Source: Phoronis australis
Taxonomy: Eukaryota > Animalia > Phoronida
Assembly (NCBI GenBank): GCA_002633005.1
Contig: NMRA01000015.1
Location: 46,869 to 106,374, forward strand
Length of the DNA: 59,506 nt
Direction: 5' to 3'
This document shows positions 23,435 to 35,394 of the stretch, in pieces. The position numbers and the translations under genes are program-made. The first letter of the stretch is position 1. Each line of letters starts with the position of its first letter. Under the pieces are notes generated by a model, which was not told the DNA's origin, ran no database searches, and was given only the letters and a program-made list of their open reading frames with translations.

Positions 23435-25436
23435 CAGGGCTCGACGTTATGATCGCCAGGTCGCATTTTGCTACCGTAGCCAAAATCCCAGGTCACATTT
23501 TCAAAATCCAGCTCGCATTCATAAATGCCAGGTTGCAAAAGTTTCCCGCCATATTTACGAGTCAAAACTAATTTTTTAGATCATCGAGAAAATGTTTAGA
23601 TTATGCTCTTACCTGCAGCGTTAAATACTCACAAACTTCACGTCGCAAAATTATGTTCGTAATACTGGCGTTATTGTTCTTTATGACCACTATTGAAAGG
23701 CTTTAGAGTGCAAGGTTAGTTGCCGACGTGAAAGTTGAATCTGTGCTCTCGAACCGACACATGCATTCGAGTAGCTAAGTTTGCATTGTGAAAAAGGAGA
23801 AAATACTCGTTGAAAAAGTACGTATCCACGGTTTTGCTAGGTCTGACTTAATTGCTATATGACTTATCCCAGTTGTAATGATCCAAACTAACTATGAGTG
23901 CAAACTCTCTTCATTTTTTGTTCGCAGCTCAAACTTTGCATCTTAACTCGACGTTTGAAAAACAACCTGTCGAAAAAATCCGTGAAACGTTGTCCTAGCC
24001 AAATGACGTACTCGAATGTGCGGGGATAGTTCAGTACAAATTTCACTAAAATGTGGTACTTATGCTGTTTACGTACTCAACACTTAGTTTTTCATAATGA
24101 AAAGCCTCGAAATAATTCCCGACTCCATGTGGATTTCTGTCGGGTAATTCGAGCTTGCTCCTCAATACCTTCCATGTATGGAAACTTAAGATATGTCAGT
24201 CACAAAACGACATGCATGTCACCAGTGGTAACTTTCTTTCGAAGATATAAAAAGGTTGGGGTTTGGTTTTAACATATTGAGAAAGGACGATTTTTGAAAA
24301 CTGAATTTGTTGTTGTGTAAAATGAGAATAACTCACTAATAAGCTGCGTGTTAATTTCAAACAACTCGCACGGTTGTTTGTAGTGTCCTATGATGGGCGA
24401 TAGTTTGAACTGTGAGCGCTTAATTTGAAATTCTCAAAAGTTGAGGGGGAACGCTTAGTTGCAGTGAGCTCTTACTATGAAACACTTCAAAGGTAGGGAG
24501 TAGGCGCATGCGTGTGCATAGTTGTTAACCTAAGTGTTTTGCTGTACTTACTGAAAGACTGCAATAGTAACAAATGTTATTATAATACGATTTTGCATGG
24601 CAAACTCTATCTAGTAGGGGTGACTTTCTGGCTATCATTACTACCTACACTGTACCCTTTTTAGCCACCCACAATAATTTTGTTTTTCATTGCCCGCTTC
24701 AGCCGGAACAAGATTCCTTCTGTTGGAGTCTGAAAATTGAGTTTAGTGCGTGGTCCGGGGAACGAAAAATTGGGAGAGAGCGTATGAAGAGAAAAAATAA
24801 AAGTTTGCTAACCGCAATTTTGCTTTTCCAGATTTAGTTGCTGAAAAACTGTCTACGCACATAGAATATCGACCCGAGGAACAACGGAACAGGCTGTCGT
24901 GTGACGATTAATAGGGTGGCCATGTTCACGTTTGCTGAGATAAACATTTCCAAATCACGATCGTCTGCCGTGTGACCGCTTGTGCGCTAACTACGGGATC
25001 GACCAGTGTCGCAGTGCATAAAATCATGGATGTTTTCATGGATATTTGATAATAAATAAAAAAATAAATAGAATTAGTAAAACCACCGCTGTTATGTGAC
25101 GTTTTATCACATGCTTTGCTGTGGTCCCAAACTTTCTTCGGCGCATCCGGAAATTTGCAAAAGTAGCCGAAAATGTTAGCCAATGTAACGAGTCAAAGAT
25201 CGATTCTGAATTATCCCAAGTCAGTTCACGTGACATGAATTGACAAGTCATCGGGAGGGCTGTTCTAGGTTAGTGTTCTTTTGAACTGGATTTTGCAACA
25301 ACCAAATATTGGTTGGATTACACAAATTGCTTTATATTTGCCGGTATCTGCCGAAAAGTGTGAAAATGATACGAGCTGGCAAAAATCTCAGCTCGCATTT
25401 CCAAATTTCAGGTCGCACGACCTGCAGCTCGTTAAT
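23435..25436. mobile_element. CAGGGCTCGAC-ended hAT-like non-autonomous element (~2 kb, right TIR tip missing)
   Basis: Left end CAGGGCTCGACGTTATGATCGCCAGGTCGCATTT. Right end ...CGACCTGCAGCTCGTTAAT is the reverse complement of the 4305/25665 starts. Confidence 0.7.
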
Positions 25437-25664
25437 AGGTCAAAACAGGTTTGGTGTCCTTTTAAGTTGTTGTTAGGACTATGTTACTTCCAGGTTGTTG
25501 TAGCAATTAACTGTAAAAACTTTTTTATTTTTAAAATCAAGCGGCACTGTTTTGCCTGGAACTGTTTATAAACTCCCATTCTCAAAACTCTTTAAGACAC
25601 AAACTTGATTTAAGGCAAGACTGTACTTTTTGTTAGACAGCTTGATGTAAACTCATTGGTACTC

Positions 25665-25816
25665 CAGGGCTCGACATTAACGAGCTGCAGGTTGCATTTG
25701 CGACCTGAAATTTGGAAATGCGATTTTTGCCAGCTCATATCAAGTCACAAAATGCGACCTAGAATTTCCAACGTATGTGAGCTGAGTTTTTACCCTTCTC
25801 GGCAGATACCACGCAC

Positions 25817-25874
<58 letters not shown>

Positions 25875-26466
25875 GTATAAGTATATGTATATATATATAA
25901 AGCAACTCGTGTAAATCCAACTGTTATTTGGTTGTTGCCAAATCAAGTTCAGAGGAACGCTAACCGAAAACAGTCCTCCCGATTTCTTGTAAGCACATTG
26001 TGGGAACATGACATAATGCAGAATCGATCGTTGACACATTTCATTGGCTAGCACTTTCGGCTACTTTTGCAAATTTCCAAATGTGCTGAAGCAAAGTTTC
26101 GAACCACGGCATAACTCGTGATAAAATGTCACAAAGCAGCAGAGTTTCTACTAATTCTTAGACGGTCAACTTGCCAACCTTTGTGGTGGAAAAACTTATT
26201 TATTTTTAACGTAAGATGTCTTTATTATCTAATATCCACGACAAATTCCCTGGTATGGCACTGCTGCACTGTTCGGTCCAGTTGTTAGCGCGCAAGCAGT
26301 CCCGGCAGACGACCATGACTTGGAAATGTGCGTCTCATTTTTTATAGAAAAAGACAGCAAACATGAAAATGACAACCCTATTAATCGCCAAATGACGGCC
26401 ACATCTTTACTTTCAGCAAAGTAGTCTTCGAGTCGTCAAGAAATTCTCAAACCGTTCACTTGTTTA
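25665..26466. mobile_element. CAGGGCTCGAC-ended element, partial copy containing an (AT)n tract at about 25818-25898
   Basis: Direct similarity to about 4305-5008. Confidence 0.7.
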
Positions 26467-26549
26467 ATCGTTAAATCAGTACCGGGTATGTCATCTATGG
26501 GAACAGGTGGAAAAAGCAGGTGACTGAAAAATAGAAGGTCGGAGCAGTG

Positions 26550-26730
26550 TTGGAAAACAGTCGCCTCTAAGTTGGTCCGACATTGGGAAACAGTTGCCTC
26601 TTAGTTGGTGCAACATTGGCAAACAGTCACCTCTAAGTTGGTGCGACGTTATTGAACAGTTGCCTCTAAGTTGGTGCGATTTCGGCGAACAGTCGCCTCT
26701 AAGTTGGTGCGACGTCAGTAAAGAGTCGCT
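26550..26730. repeat. 33-bp tandem repeat, about 5 copies, inside a probable TE fragment ending ...TGCTATCTGGG near 26995
   Basis: AACAGTCGCCTCTAAGTTGGTGCGAC units. Confidence 0.75.
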
Positions 26731-27392
26731 TGCAGGGTGGCGCGACGTCGATAAGTTGTCGGAATTGAATTGGCGTGACGTAGGTAAAGGGTCATATTTC
26801 CGCTGTTGGCCCCAGGTTGTACCGTCATTGGTAATTAGTCGGAAGTGCCCTTTGTCGGACCACTGTCGGTTCATCGGTCGCCCGACTTCGACGTTGTTAC
26901 GACGTTCATCGGATGGACAAAATCACATTGGTCCGACGTCAGAAACCAACGTTGGCCCGACTGGCGTCGGACCACCGTCAGCATGCTATCTGGGATAACG
27001 GACAATAAACAGTGACACTGTCACTATTTATCTCACTGTTAATTTCGATTCCACCACATTCATTTTACTTATTACCTGATAATGATACGTGTGGTCTTGA
27101 AATAAAGCGAATATTTTAACCTGTTTGTCCATTATAAATGTCTCTTTCCGTTTTGCTTCATAACTGTATGCTGGAAGGTTGTATGGAAAGTCCAAATGTG
27201 TATATATCAAACTGTCACAAAAAGCACAATCCTGCCTTCAACCAAGATTGTGCCAAGGAAGGGCTGCTAATGAAAGTCTCAAAGATTGAACAAGTTACTG
27301 TTGTGCAATAAGTCTCAACTTAGTTCTAATCTTAAAATCTGATTTATTAGCTTTGAATGTAACGGATGATAATTCAAAGTAAATGGTATTGA

Positions 27393-27800
27393 TATGACAG
27401 CTATAAATCCGCATTCCATCCATGATTGGTCTCAACTAAATGCTAATATGACAGTTATAAATCTGCACTCCATCCATGATTTGTCTTAAGCAAATGCTAA
27501 TATGACAGCTATAAATCTGCATTCCATCCATGATTGGTCTCAATTAAATGCCATTCTGACAACTATAAACCCGCATTCCATCTATGATTGGTCTCAACTA
27601 AATGCTAATATGACAACTATAAACCCGCATTCCATCTATGATTGGTCTCAACTAAATGCCAATCTGACAGTTGTAAATCCGCACTCCATCCATGATTGGT
27701 CTCAATTAAATGCCATTCTGACAACTATAAACCCGCACTCCATCCATGATTGGTCTCAACTAAATGCCAATATGACAACTATAAACCCACATTCCATCCA
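27393..27800. repeat. 54-bp minisatellite, about 7.5 copies
   Basis: ATGACAACTATAAACCCGCATTCCATCCATGATTGGTCTCAACTAAATGCTAAT units. Confidence 0.9.
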
Positions 27801-28149
27801 AGTCTCAACTTTTTCCTGAAACGTTGATTTCTTGGTTTACAAAGATTACTGACACTTCATTATATAACTTGAGACCATGGTGCATACAATGACACGGTAT
27901 GACAAGCCAATTAGAACCTGCTCGCAACCAATAACCAACTGTCAGTTTATTCAAAGCCTAGCAATAAAATCTAATGTGAATAAGGTACAATTTGAGACCA
28001 AAACTAATTGATCTGAATCAACATTTGGTTTTTGTGATGGAAGACGGGTTTATTGCCACTCTAACTTGGGATAAAATTAAAGTTGTTCTGGCTACCAAAG
28101 AAATGTTACAATTTCTGTTTTTTATGTATTTTGCTTTTATTTGTTTCAG

Positions 28150-28219
28150 GGTTGATGTGGTTCTACCTGGCCCATTACAGTGTCAGCAAATTCTTGACAA
28201 CAACATGTTGTTGGAGAAC
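28150..28219 (+). CDS. JmjC gene exon 2
   Basis: tttcag|G VDVVLPGPLQCQQILDNNMLLEN|GTAAGA. 70 nt, phase 2 to 0. Confidence 0.85.
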
Positions 28220-29341
28220 GTAAGAGTTTAAAGTGGCTATGAACCCACGTTCTGTTAAGGAAACAAAGCTTTAATTTAGATAATTTACTGAGCTATAAAA
28301 TTGGTTTCGATTGATTCCTTATTCAGATGGGAAGTGATTGAAACCATGAACACAGGATTCGACTTGGTAACACAACGGTCTCATCACCGGTGCTTATTAA
28401 TTCGCTGTTAATCCAAATACTAGCGTGACACTGTGGCGATTACGAAAAAAGTTTGAGAACGTGCATTTCATTTGTATAGTGAAACTGCGATCAAGCGTGG
28501 CAAATATTTTGAGTCCGTGATTATGACTGCCCAGAAAACGTGCGAGATATTCACAAACCATCCACATCGATAACTATAGACTGCGACATCAGTCAATACA
28601 TTACACCGGTGGCAGTTTTAAACGATGTGTTCATGCAAAAAGCGCACTGTTCGAAATGTGAGAATTGCGGCCAATGCCGCTAAAATCGACATGTCTGAAT
28701 TTTGAGAGATATATTGAATGCCAAATTCAACCCTGTCTCAAAGTTCAGAATCAAAAAATTCAGTTTTGGGTTGGTATAAGTGTTCAAAATTTGGGATACT
28801 GTCCTAAATTTGGAAATTTTTACTGTACATATTTTCTGCCGGAAAGCAAAAAACCTGTAGAATTGATTTTAATCTTTTTACCTGTCTATTATCAATTACA
28901 TCACGCGGCCATGTCTTTTAAGTGAAATGTAGCAAACAAGAAAAGTACATTTATATGAAAACAGCCTTACCAATAAGCTGATCAAATTTTATTTGATATA
29001 TATGTTCAGTTCCAGATCACAAAAGCTGTTACAGTTTTCAGCATATTTTGTTTTTGTTTTCATGAATATCATAAAGTCCTATTATTTGATAGCTCGACTA
29101 TCGTGGAAAAGTGAAACATTTTATAAACGATTCTTAACACAGTTTTTGAGAACAGTGCATAAAGCATAGGACCAATATCAAATATGTCTATTACTCCCAG
29201 ATAAAGCGTAGTATCTGAAACACTGCGATATGAATCCAGTCGGCCATTTCAGCTCGTAAAATATGAGATGACAGTGTGGTCTGAGATTTTGTGAGCTTGA
29301 TCTCGAGCAGTGCAAACAACCATCAGTTCTGTCGAAGCTCT

Positions 29342-29622
29342 GAAATCACAATACAACAAACTGTCAGTTGTGTAGAAGCCCTGGAATCGCAATACTACAA
29401 ACTGTCAGTTGTGTGGAAGCACTGGAATCACAATACAACAAACTTTCAGTTGTGTGGAAGCCTTGGAATCACAATACATGAAACTGTCAGTTGTGTGGAA
29501 GCCCTGGAATCACAATACAAAATTGTGTGGAAGCCCTGGAATCACAATACAACAAACTGTCAGTTGTGTGGAAGCCCCGGAATCACAATACAACAGTCAG
29601 TTGTGTGGAAGCCCTGGAGTCA
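29342..29622. repeat. ~41-bp minisatellite, about 7 copies
   Basis: GAATCACAATACAACAAACTGTCAGTTGTGTGGAAGCCCTG units. Confidence 0.9.
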
Positions 29623-30184
29623 CCTCTAATTTGACTACTAGTAATGAACAATTTGTTGCCAATTTCATAATTGTATGTGACCTATATAAAAAATATTTTT
29701 GTACACAAACCATGGGTTTAATACTACTTTTGACCTTAAGCATCTGCCTGCGTCACTGCTAACAATTTCTTCTTTCGAAAACGATGTAAACATATCTAAG
29801 GTAGTTGTTTTTAACAAGGTGGTTGGCAACTTTGCAACAGTCACCTGACCTATGCGATTTTAACTGGTTAAGAAAAGATTTAATTTCCAATGGCAAGTGC
29901 AGCTTTGAGCTGTTGCTTTCGTTGCCCTTGGCCTGTTACATATTCATACGAGAAATGATTTCTGGGCTTGGCAAGAACTGATAATTTGTTACATTACTTG
30001 CCACATAAAATGAGCCACATGTCAAGCTAACTTAATGGCCCTGTTGCCATGTAATGGAAATTGTCAGTTCCTTTTAAGTACAGAAATCACTATCACTCAA
30101 AAGGAAGATAGGCTGTTAGTAGCTTAATTGCATAACCTTTGTTTCAATCTCTAGCTGTTGCTCTAACGTGTTGTGGCATTTCAG

Positions 30185-30310
30185 ATGATGTGGTTCAGTA
30201 GTGGTGGAACGAAGTCTGTGCTGCACACAGACTCTGTAGACAACATCAACTGCCTGTTCAGAGGAGAGAAAACATTTGTCATGATAGATCCTGACAAGTA
30301 TGCAGACAAG
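30185..30310 (+). CDS. JmjC gene exon 3 (HxD iron-binding motif)
   Basis: Absent from the ORF track. tttcag|MMWFSSGGTKSVLHTDSVDNINCLFRGEKTFVMIDPDKYADK|GTATTA. H-T-D at 30224-30232. Confidence 0.93.
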
Positions 30311-30458
30311 GTATTATACATGTTCAGTTAGTCATATCTAGTTGAAACAGTTTCGTAGTTAGTGAAAATAAGGTCAACTGAAGGTCAAAAAGTTTTCGGT
30401 CTTGACGTGATTTTTAATACGAATTCCAAAGCCTTATTTTCGAATATAATCTCAACCT

Positions 30459-30730
30459 TAAAATGGAACTTACATGCTAATTCCTTATCTCTGATTGCCA
30501 TGTCAAATTAGTTGAAAACACAACATACAGGGACGGTGTGAATGTGAAGTACATTGAAAATTGTTGAATGTTTTTAAGAACGATTGTGTCAAAAACAATC
30601 TGCCGTAAATCACTCAACTGTGTCCAGTAAGTATCGTGATGTGGTGTTGGGCAGTAATACTGCATGATGCGGGCTGTGTTAGCGCCTCAGGTGCATCATG
30701 AGTGCAAAGGTCACCTATTTGCAGATTTTT
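30459..30730. mobile_element. Interspersed repeat end with TTAA flank (Kolobok-like); inverted second copy at about 54180-54448
   Basis: TTAAAATGGAACTTACATGCTAAT...GGTCACCTATTTGCAGA matches the reverse complement of CTGCAGATAGGTGACC...ATTAGCATGCAAGTTCCACTTTAA. Confidence 0.55.
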
Positions 30731-32490
30731 TGTTTTCAATGAATACAACTGCACTTTGTTTAGCATAGTTAATATTCAAATAGCATTGTCCTTTAGTTCC
30801 TGTTACATTAGCATAGTTAGGAGCATGCAATATAAGGCCACGGTCTTGTGTACAGTTCCGCTGTTGCTTTCTGTGTTTGCCAATAATTACCATGATTTGA
30901 TGATGCCATGTTGACATGGTTTCTTGGTTTTTCAATAACCATTTTATCAGCATTGTGACTTGTTTCATGAAAGATTTAGCTTCATTTGGGAGTGGACTCC
31001 AGCAAGCATTAGAAACTCCAATAAGTCGAGGTGCTCTTGAGCTGGTTTGTTCAGTTAAGAAAAGCCGCTCCACCTACTCGTTTTGAAAGAAGTTTCGAGG
31101 GTTACTACGGTAGATCTGAATTCACCCAAAAACGCGTGCATTACTGAGGAGCATATCTCAGCGGCCCGTTTAATTTAAAGCCGTGTGTTCCGTTGTAACT
31201 GATCCTATGAGTAGGGGGGAAGTGAATTCGGCCATTTTGCTTTTGGATCGGTGATTTTGTCGTCCTGAATGTCAAGTTTAAAATTTTTAACGCATGTGAA
31301 AGTTTAATTTGTGAAATAAAACTCATATTAATAGATCCTGAAACACTCAGTATCCCAAACGTTTACACAAACTTCAACTGCATTTTCATACTCTGCTCAC
31401 ATAAGATAGGCCCTATCAAGGAGTGTGAAAGTTATTTTTTCACGAAAATAAGGTCGAATTTCATTAATCTGGACAAAAATTTTTATTCTTTCGCTTGAAA
31501 TTCTGTTTTTGTAAAATTTTTAATTAAATTGGAAATTTCTACATCAGAAAAAATTAGAATTCTTTGTTCGGCTTTGTGAGCTGCGGCACCCTCCCTAATA
31601 CAGTGTGAGCGTGAACTCCTGCATTTTTACGGGAATAAAGTGCTATATGTATTCACAACACATCTTGTTTTGAAGTAATCATGCTGACTATCCGCAAAAA
31701 TCATAGCAAATAAGAACCACGTGACCTCAGTTTTCTGATCAATTTGATCATGATGGTAATGCGCGTAACTGAATAAAACCAACACATCAGGCATAATATC
31801 TTTATTAAAGTCTCATACACTGCTAAAAACAATGTATTGGATGAAACTTAAGAATTATGTATCTCTATCAAAGTAAAAGTACAATGGTTGCACCTTATTA
31901 GCGACCGCATAGTATGAACACAGTAACATCCATGTGTTTGGATTGAATAGGTTGTCTTAACTTCGATTGTAGTTAGGTGATGTTAATGATTCAAAAACTA
32001 AACACGATCAGCATTTGACAAGGACTTCAGAAATGTTATTGGTTTATGTTCAAACAACTTATAACTTCCATTTTTAACAGCGCAGCTCAGTCGGGTTATA
32101 GATAAGATTATCGATTTGAGCAATTATTGAACAAAAGAAAGCTGACCCTCCAACCATCAATGCCAGAATGGAGTTAATCAGTCAATAATATGTAAGATAT
32201 TGGCTACAGCAGTCATCCGCCCAACTTGTTGTACTATACAACCGTACAAGTTGGACTCAACTGGAGAACACCGAAATGCATTGAGTTATGCCCTGTGGAA
32301 TAGTAAAGATTGACTTGTAATTATTCTGACACTGGATGCGAGTTAAAAGAACCGACAAAAAGACAAAAACAAGTGTGAGACATTAATTACACAACAGCAA
32401 GGAATGGCAGCTTGTGGAGATGCTTTTCAATGATCTGTACATCAAAAAATGGTTTTTCTTTATTAATTATGTCGTTGTTTTTAACAACAG

Positions 32491-32540
32491 GTTGATATTG
32501 ATCACCCTGAGGGTTCCTATAGCGGTGTAGATGTGGACAG
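32491..32540 (+). CDS. JmjC gene exon 4
   Basis: caacag|VDIDHPEGSYSGVDVD-AG|GTAGGT. 50 nt, phase 0 to 2. Confidence 0.88.
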
Positions 32541-32881
32541 GTAGGTTAGTTTTTGTCTTATATACGTGCGTTCAGGATTGTGTGCTTGTTGGGCCTACAT
32601 CCGATTTTGGGCACGTGCAATCATGAAAAATGCTTGAGTAAAATCAAGATCTAGTTTTCAAATATTAATATTATACTTTTCTTATCCGTGCTTTTGAATT
32701 ACCTACAAGTAAGGAGTGTTGGAGTAGAGTGTGAATAGGAGAGGGGGAAGTACTTGAAATAAAAATTATGGGTGCTTGTGATTAGAATACCAGTAACTAA
32801 AAATTAGAGCTTGTTCTTGTAAAAAATAATATATTTCCGGTTGTTGGTGTTTTTTATCCATTAATTTGTTTCAATTGGTAT

Positions 32882-33322
32882 TATGACCACTCAAAAATAC
32901 ACAGGCATAACCCATATACTATCTACATCTTTTATAGCCTGTTCCACACAACAATACACAAACATAACCCATATACTATCTACAACTTTTATGACCTGTT
33001 CCACTCAACAATACGCAAACATAACCCATATACTATCTACAACTTTTATGACCTGTTCCACACAATACACAAACATAACCCATATACTATCTACAACTTT
33101 TATGACCTGTTCCACTCAACAATACACAAACATAACTCATATACTATCTACAACTTTTATGACCTGTTCCACACAATACACAAACATAACCCATATACTA
33201 TCTACAACTTTTATAACCTGTTCCACACAACAATACACAAACATAACCCACATACTATCTACAACTTTTTATGACCTGTTCCACTCAACAATACACAGAC
33301 AAAATCCATGCACTATCTACAA
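32882..33322. repeat. 54/57-bp minisatellite, about 8 copies
   Basis: TTTATGACCTGTTCCACTCAACAATACACAAACATAACCCATATACTATCTACAACT units. Confidence 0.9.
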
Positions 33323-34776
33323 GTATAATTTTCATGGAAAGTTATTTTTGTTGATAAAGTGAAGCAAATGAAATTTCAGCTGTCTGACATACTGTGTCCC
33401 AAAGTGAGCATAAACCACTGGGTGTACTTGATGGAACTTGTTATGTTTGGCACTGATGAGTGGGAATGGCTGTTAGTGGTAGCAATGTCTCAACAAACTG
33501 TGTTGCCACACAATAGATTGACTGGCAATAGTCTCATATTCAAGTTGTGTACCATAGTCACCAATAGACAATATTTTGAAACAACTGTGGCCATTCGCAA
33601 CAATGTTAAAAGCCGTTGAAAAACGCTTAAGAGAAGAGCTGTTTTAGCAATTACTTTTGTCCAAAATTTGTAAGATTTTATCATACTAAAAATGGAAAAG
33701 AAGTCAATCAGGACATTCAGTTTAAGATCCTTTTCTTGTGTTTAGTTTGTGGCTGTGAGATAAATTTTTGATGTTTGTAATGAAGTTTGTCAGCTCTTGA
33801 AAGATCAAAAATTGTCACTTTCAGCAAAGTGATTCCGTTATGGTAATCTGCAATGACTGGTTTGTGATTTGTTTGTATTATTTGCTTTGGAGTGTGGCCA
33901 GTTGATACAATACATCACACTGCTGTGATCATGGCATATCTTATCTGAATTGGACTTGATGAGGAAATTTACAGAATTACATGAATGGACTGTTGATGTA
34001 AGTGCACTTTTGCACATGCATCAGCCCCTTTATAAACAAATCATATTTACTCATCATCCCCTTTACAAACAAATCGTATTCACTCACCAATCTTTTGCTA
34101 ATTGTTGATCTATGATGAGGTAAATATTGCCTCTTTTGAAGTTTTCTGACTCCACAGTTAATAACGCTACATTGACAATTCATGGTCAAGGCTTTCTCTT
34201 GGTACAAATGGCAAGTGTTCATTGGAAATGACCCGATATGTCATTGCTGGGTTCAAATTGTTTGTAATTTAAAGTGTCACATAACTGGCATCATATTTTT
34301 CAATAAATCTTGTATGTATTTGTCTATGAAGCATAGTTTGGTGTTGCATCAAAACCTTCCCATACCATTTATTTTTGGTTATGAAATGAAATTACTGCAC
34401 AGTAATAAGTTGTCAGTTGATTACGCTTGTTAGTTGACTAATGTTTTACACATTGCTTGTATTGGTGCTATGATGAATGTTATTATGCAGCCGATTCCAC
34501 TAGTCAATTGACATTCAACAAAAAATGGACAAAAAATTCTTGGTTTTCTCTTAGCCAAAGTGTGTGCAAAACAGCTATCATAGAGCAAACTTCTAGAATT
34601 TTTAGTAGTTTGATAATCTGTTCAGCATTTGACATGGAAAGATTGTCATTTGTTTTCTTGCTAAATTGATTGAGATTATCGTAAATAAATATACAAATTC
34701 TCTGATTTCCAGTAAGCGTAATATTAGTGTTATATGAAGTTTGATATTCCTTGATAGTTGCTTTGTTCTGTTCCAG

Positions 34777-34869
34777 TGTTGACTATACTAAGTACCCTGG
34801 TCTGGCTCAAGTGGAGTTCATCACAGTACACATGACAGCTGGCGATTGCTTGTACATTCCCTTCAAATG
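34777..34869 (+). CDS. JmjC gene exon 5
   Basis: ttccag|T VDYTKYPGLAQVEFITVHMTAGDCLYIPFK-TG|GTCAGT. Contains the GDxLYIP JmjC motif. Confidence 0.93.
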
Positions 34870-35394
34870 GTCAGTACCAATAGGAAATCATTTGGAACTT
34901 TGTAATTTTACGTTTAACTTAATTCTACACGTCTTGTTTCGCACAACATTAACTATTGAACATGTTTTCCTGATAGTCGGTGTTATCCTGTCCCAAAAGA
35001 GTACTTTACCCCATCATTGATCATACTCTCTTGAGCATATGGCTAAGTAACACAAAACTCGTCCAGGTCACCACTTCCATTTCATGTTTACACGGTTAGA
35101 CATACCATATGATTGGATGACATATATGTATGTGAATGCAGCCATGGAATACGCTGTGAAATACGCCATCGAATACAGGAAAACAAAGCCAATCTGTATT
35201 CAATGGATGAGACCGTATTTCATGGTTGATGTACAGTCTCTTGGTAAAGTAAATATGCGTGTACAGCAGCAAATTTGGTTAGTCTTCTTAATTTTGGCAA
35301 ACTAAAACATTCATTTAAAACTTTCTTGAAAAAGCAATTTAACTGTTCTAAAAACTAAACTTTCAGCAAAGATACTCTAGAAACAACAAATATC

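Noticed and set aside
32883-33362. 159-aa Thr-rich repetitive ORF (likewise 27502-27819, 26491-26998 and 59119-59505)
   Set aside because: By-products of minisatellites whose unit length is a multiple of 3, with no splice or domain support.
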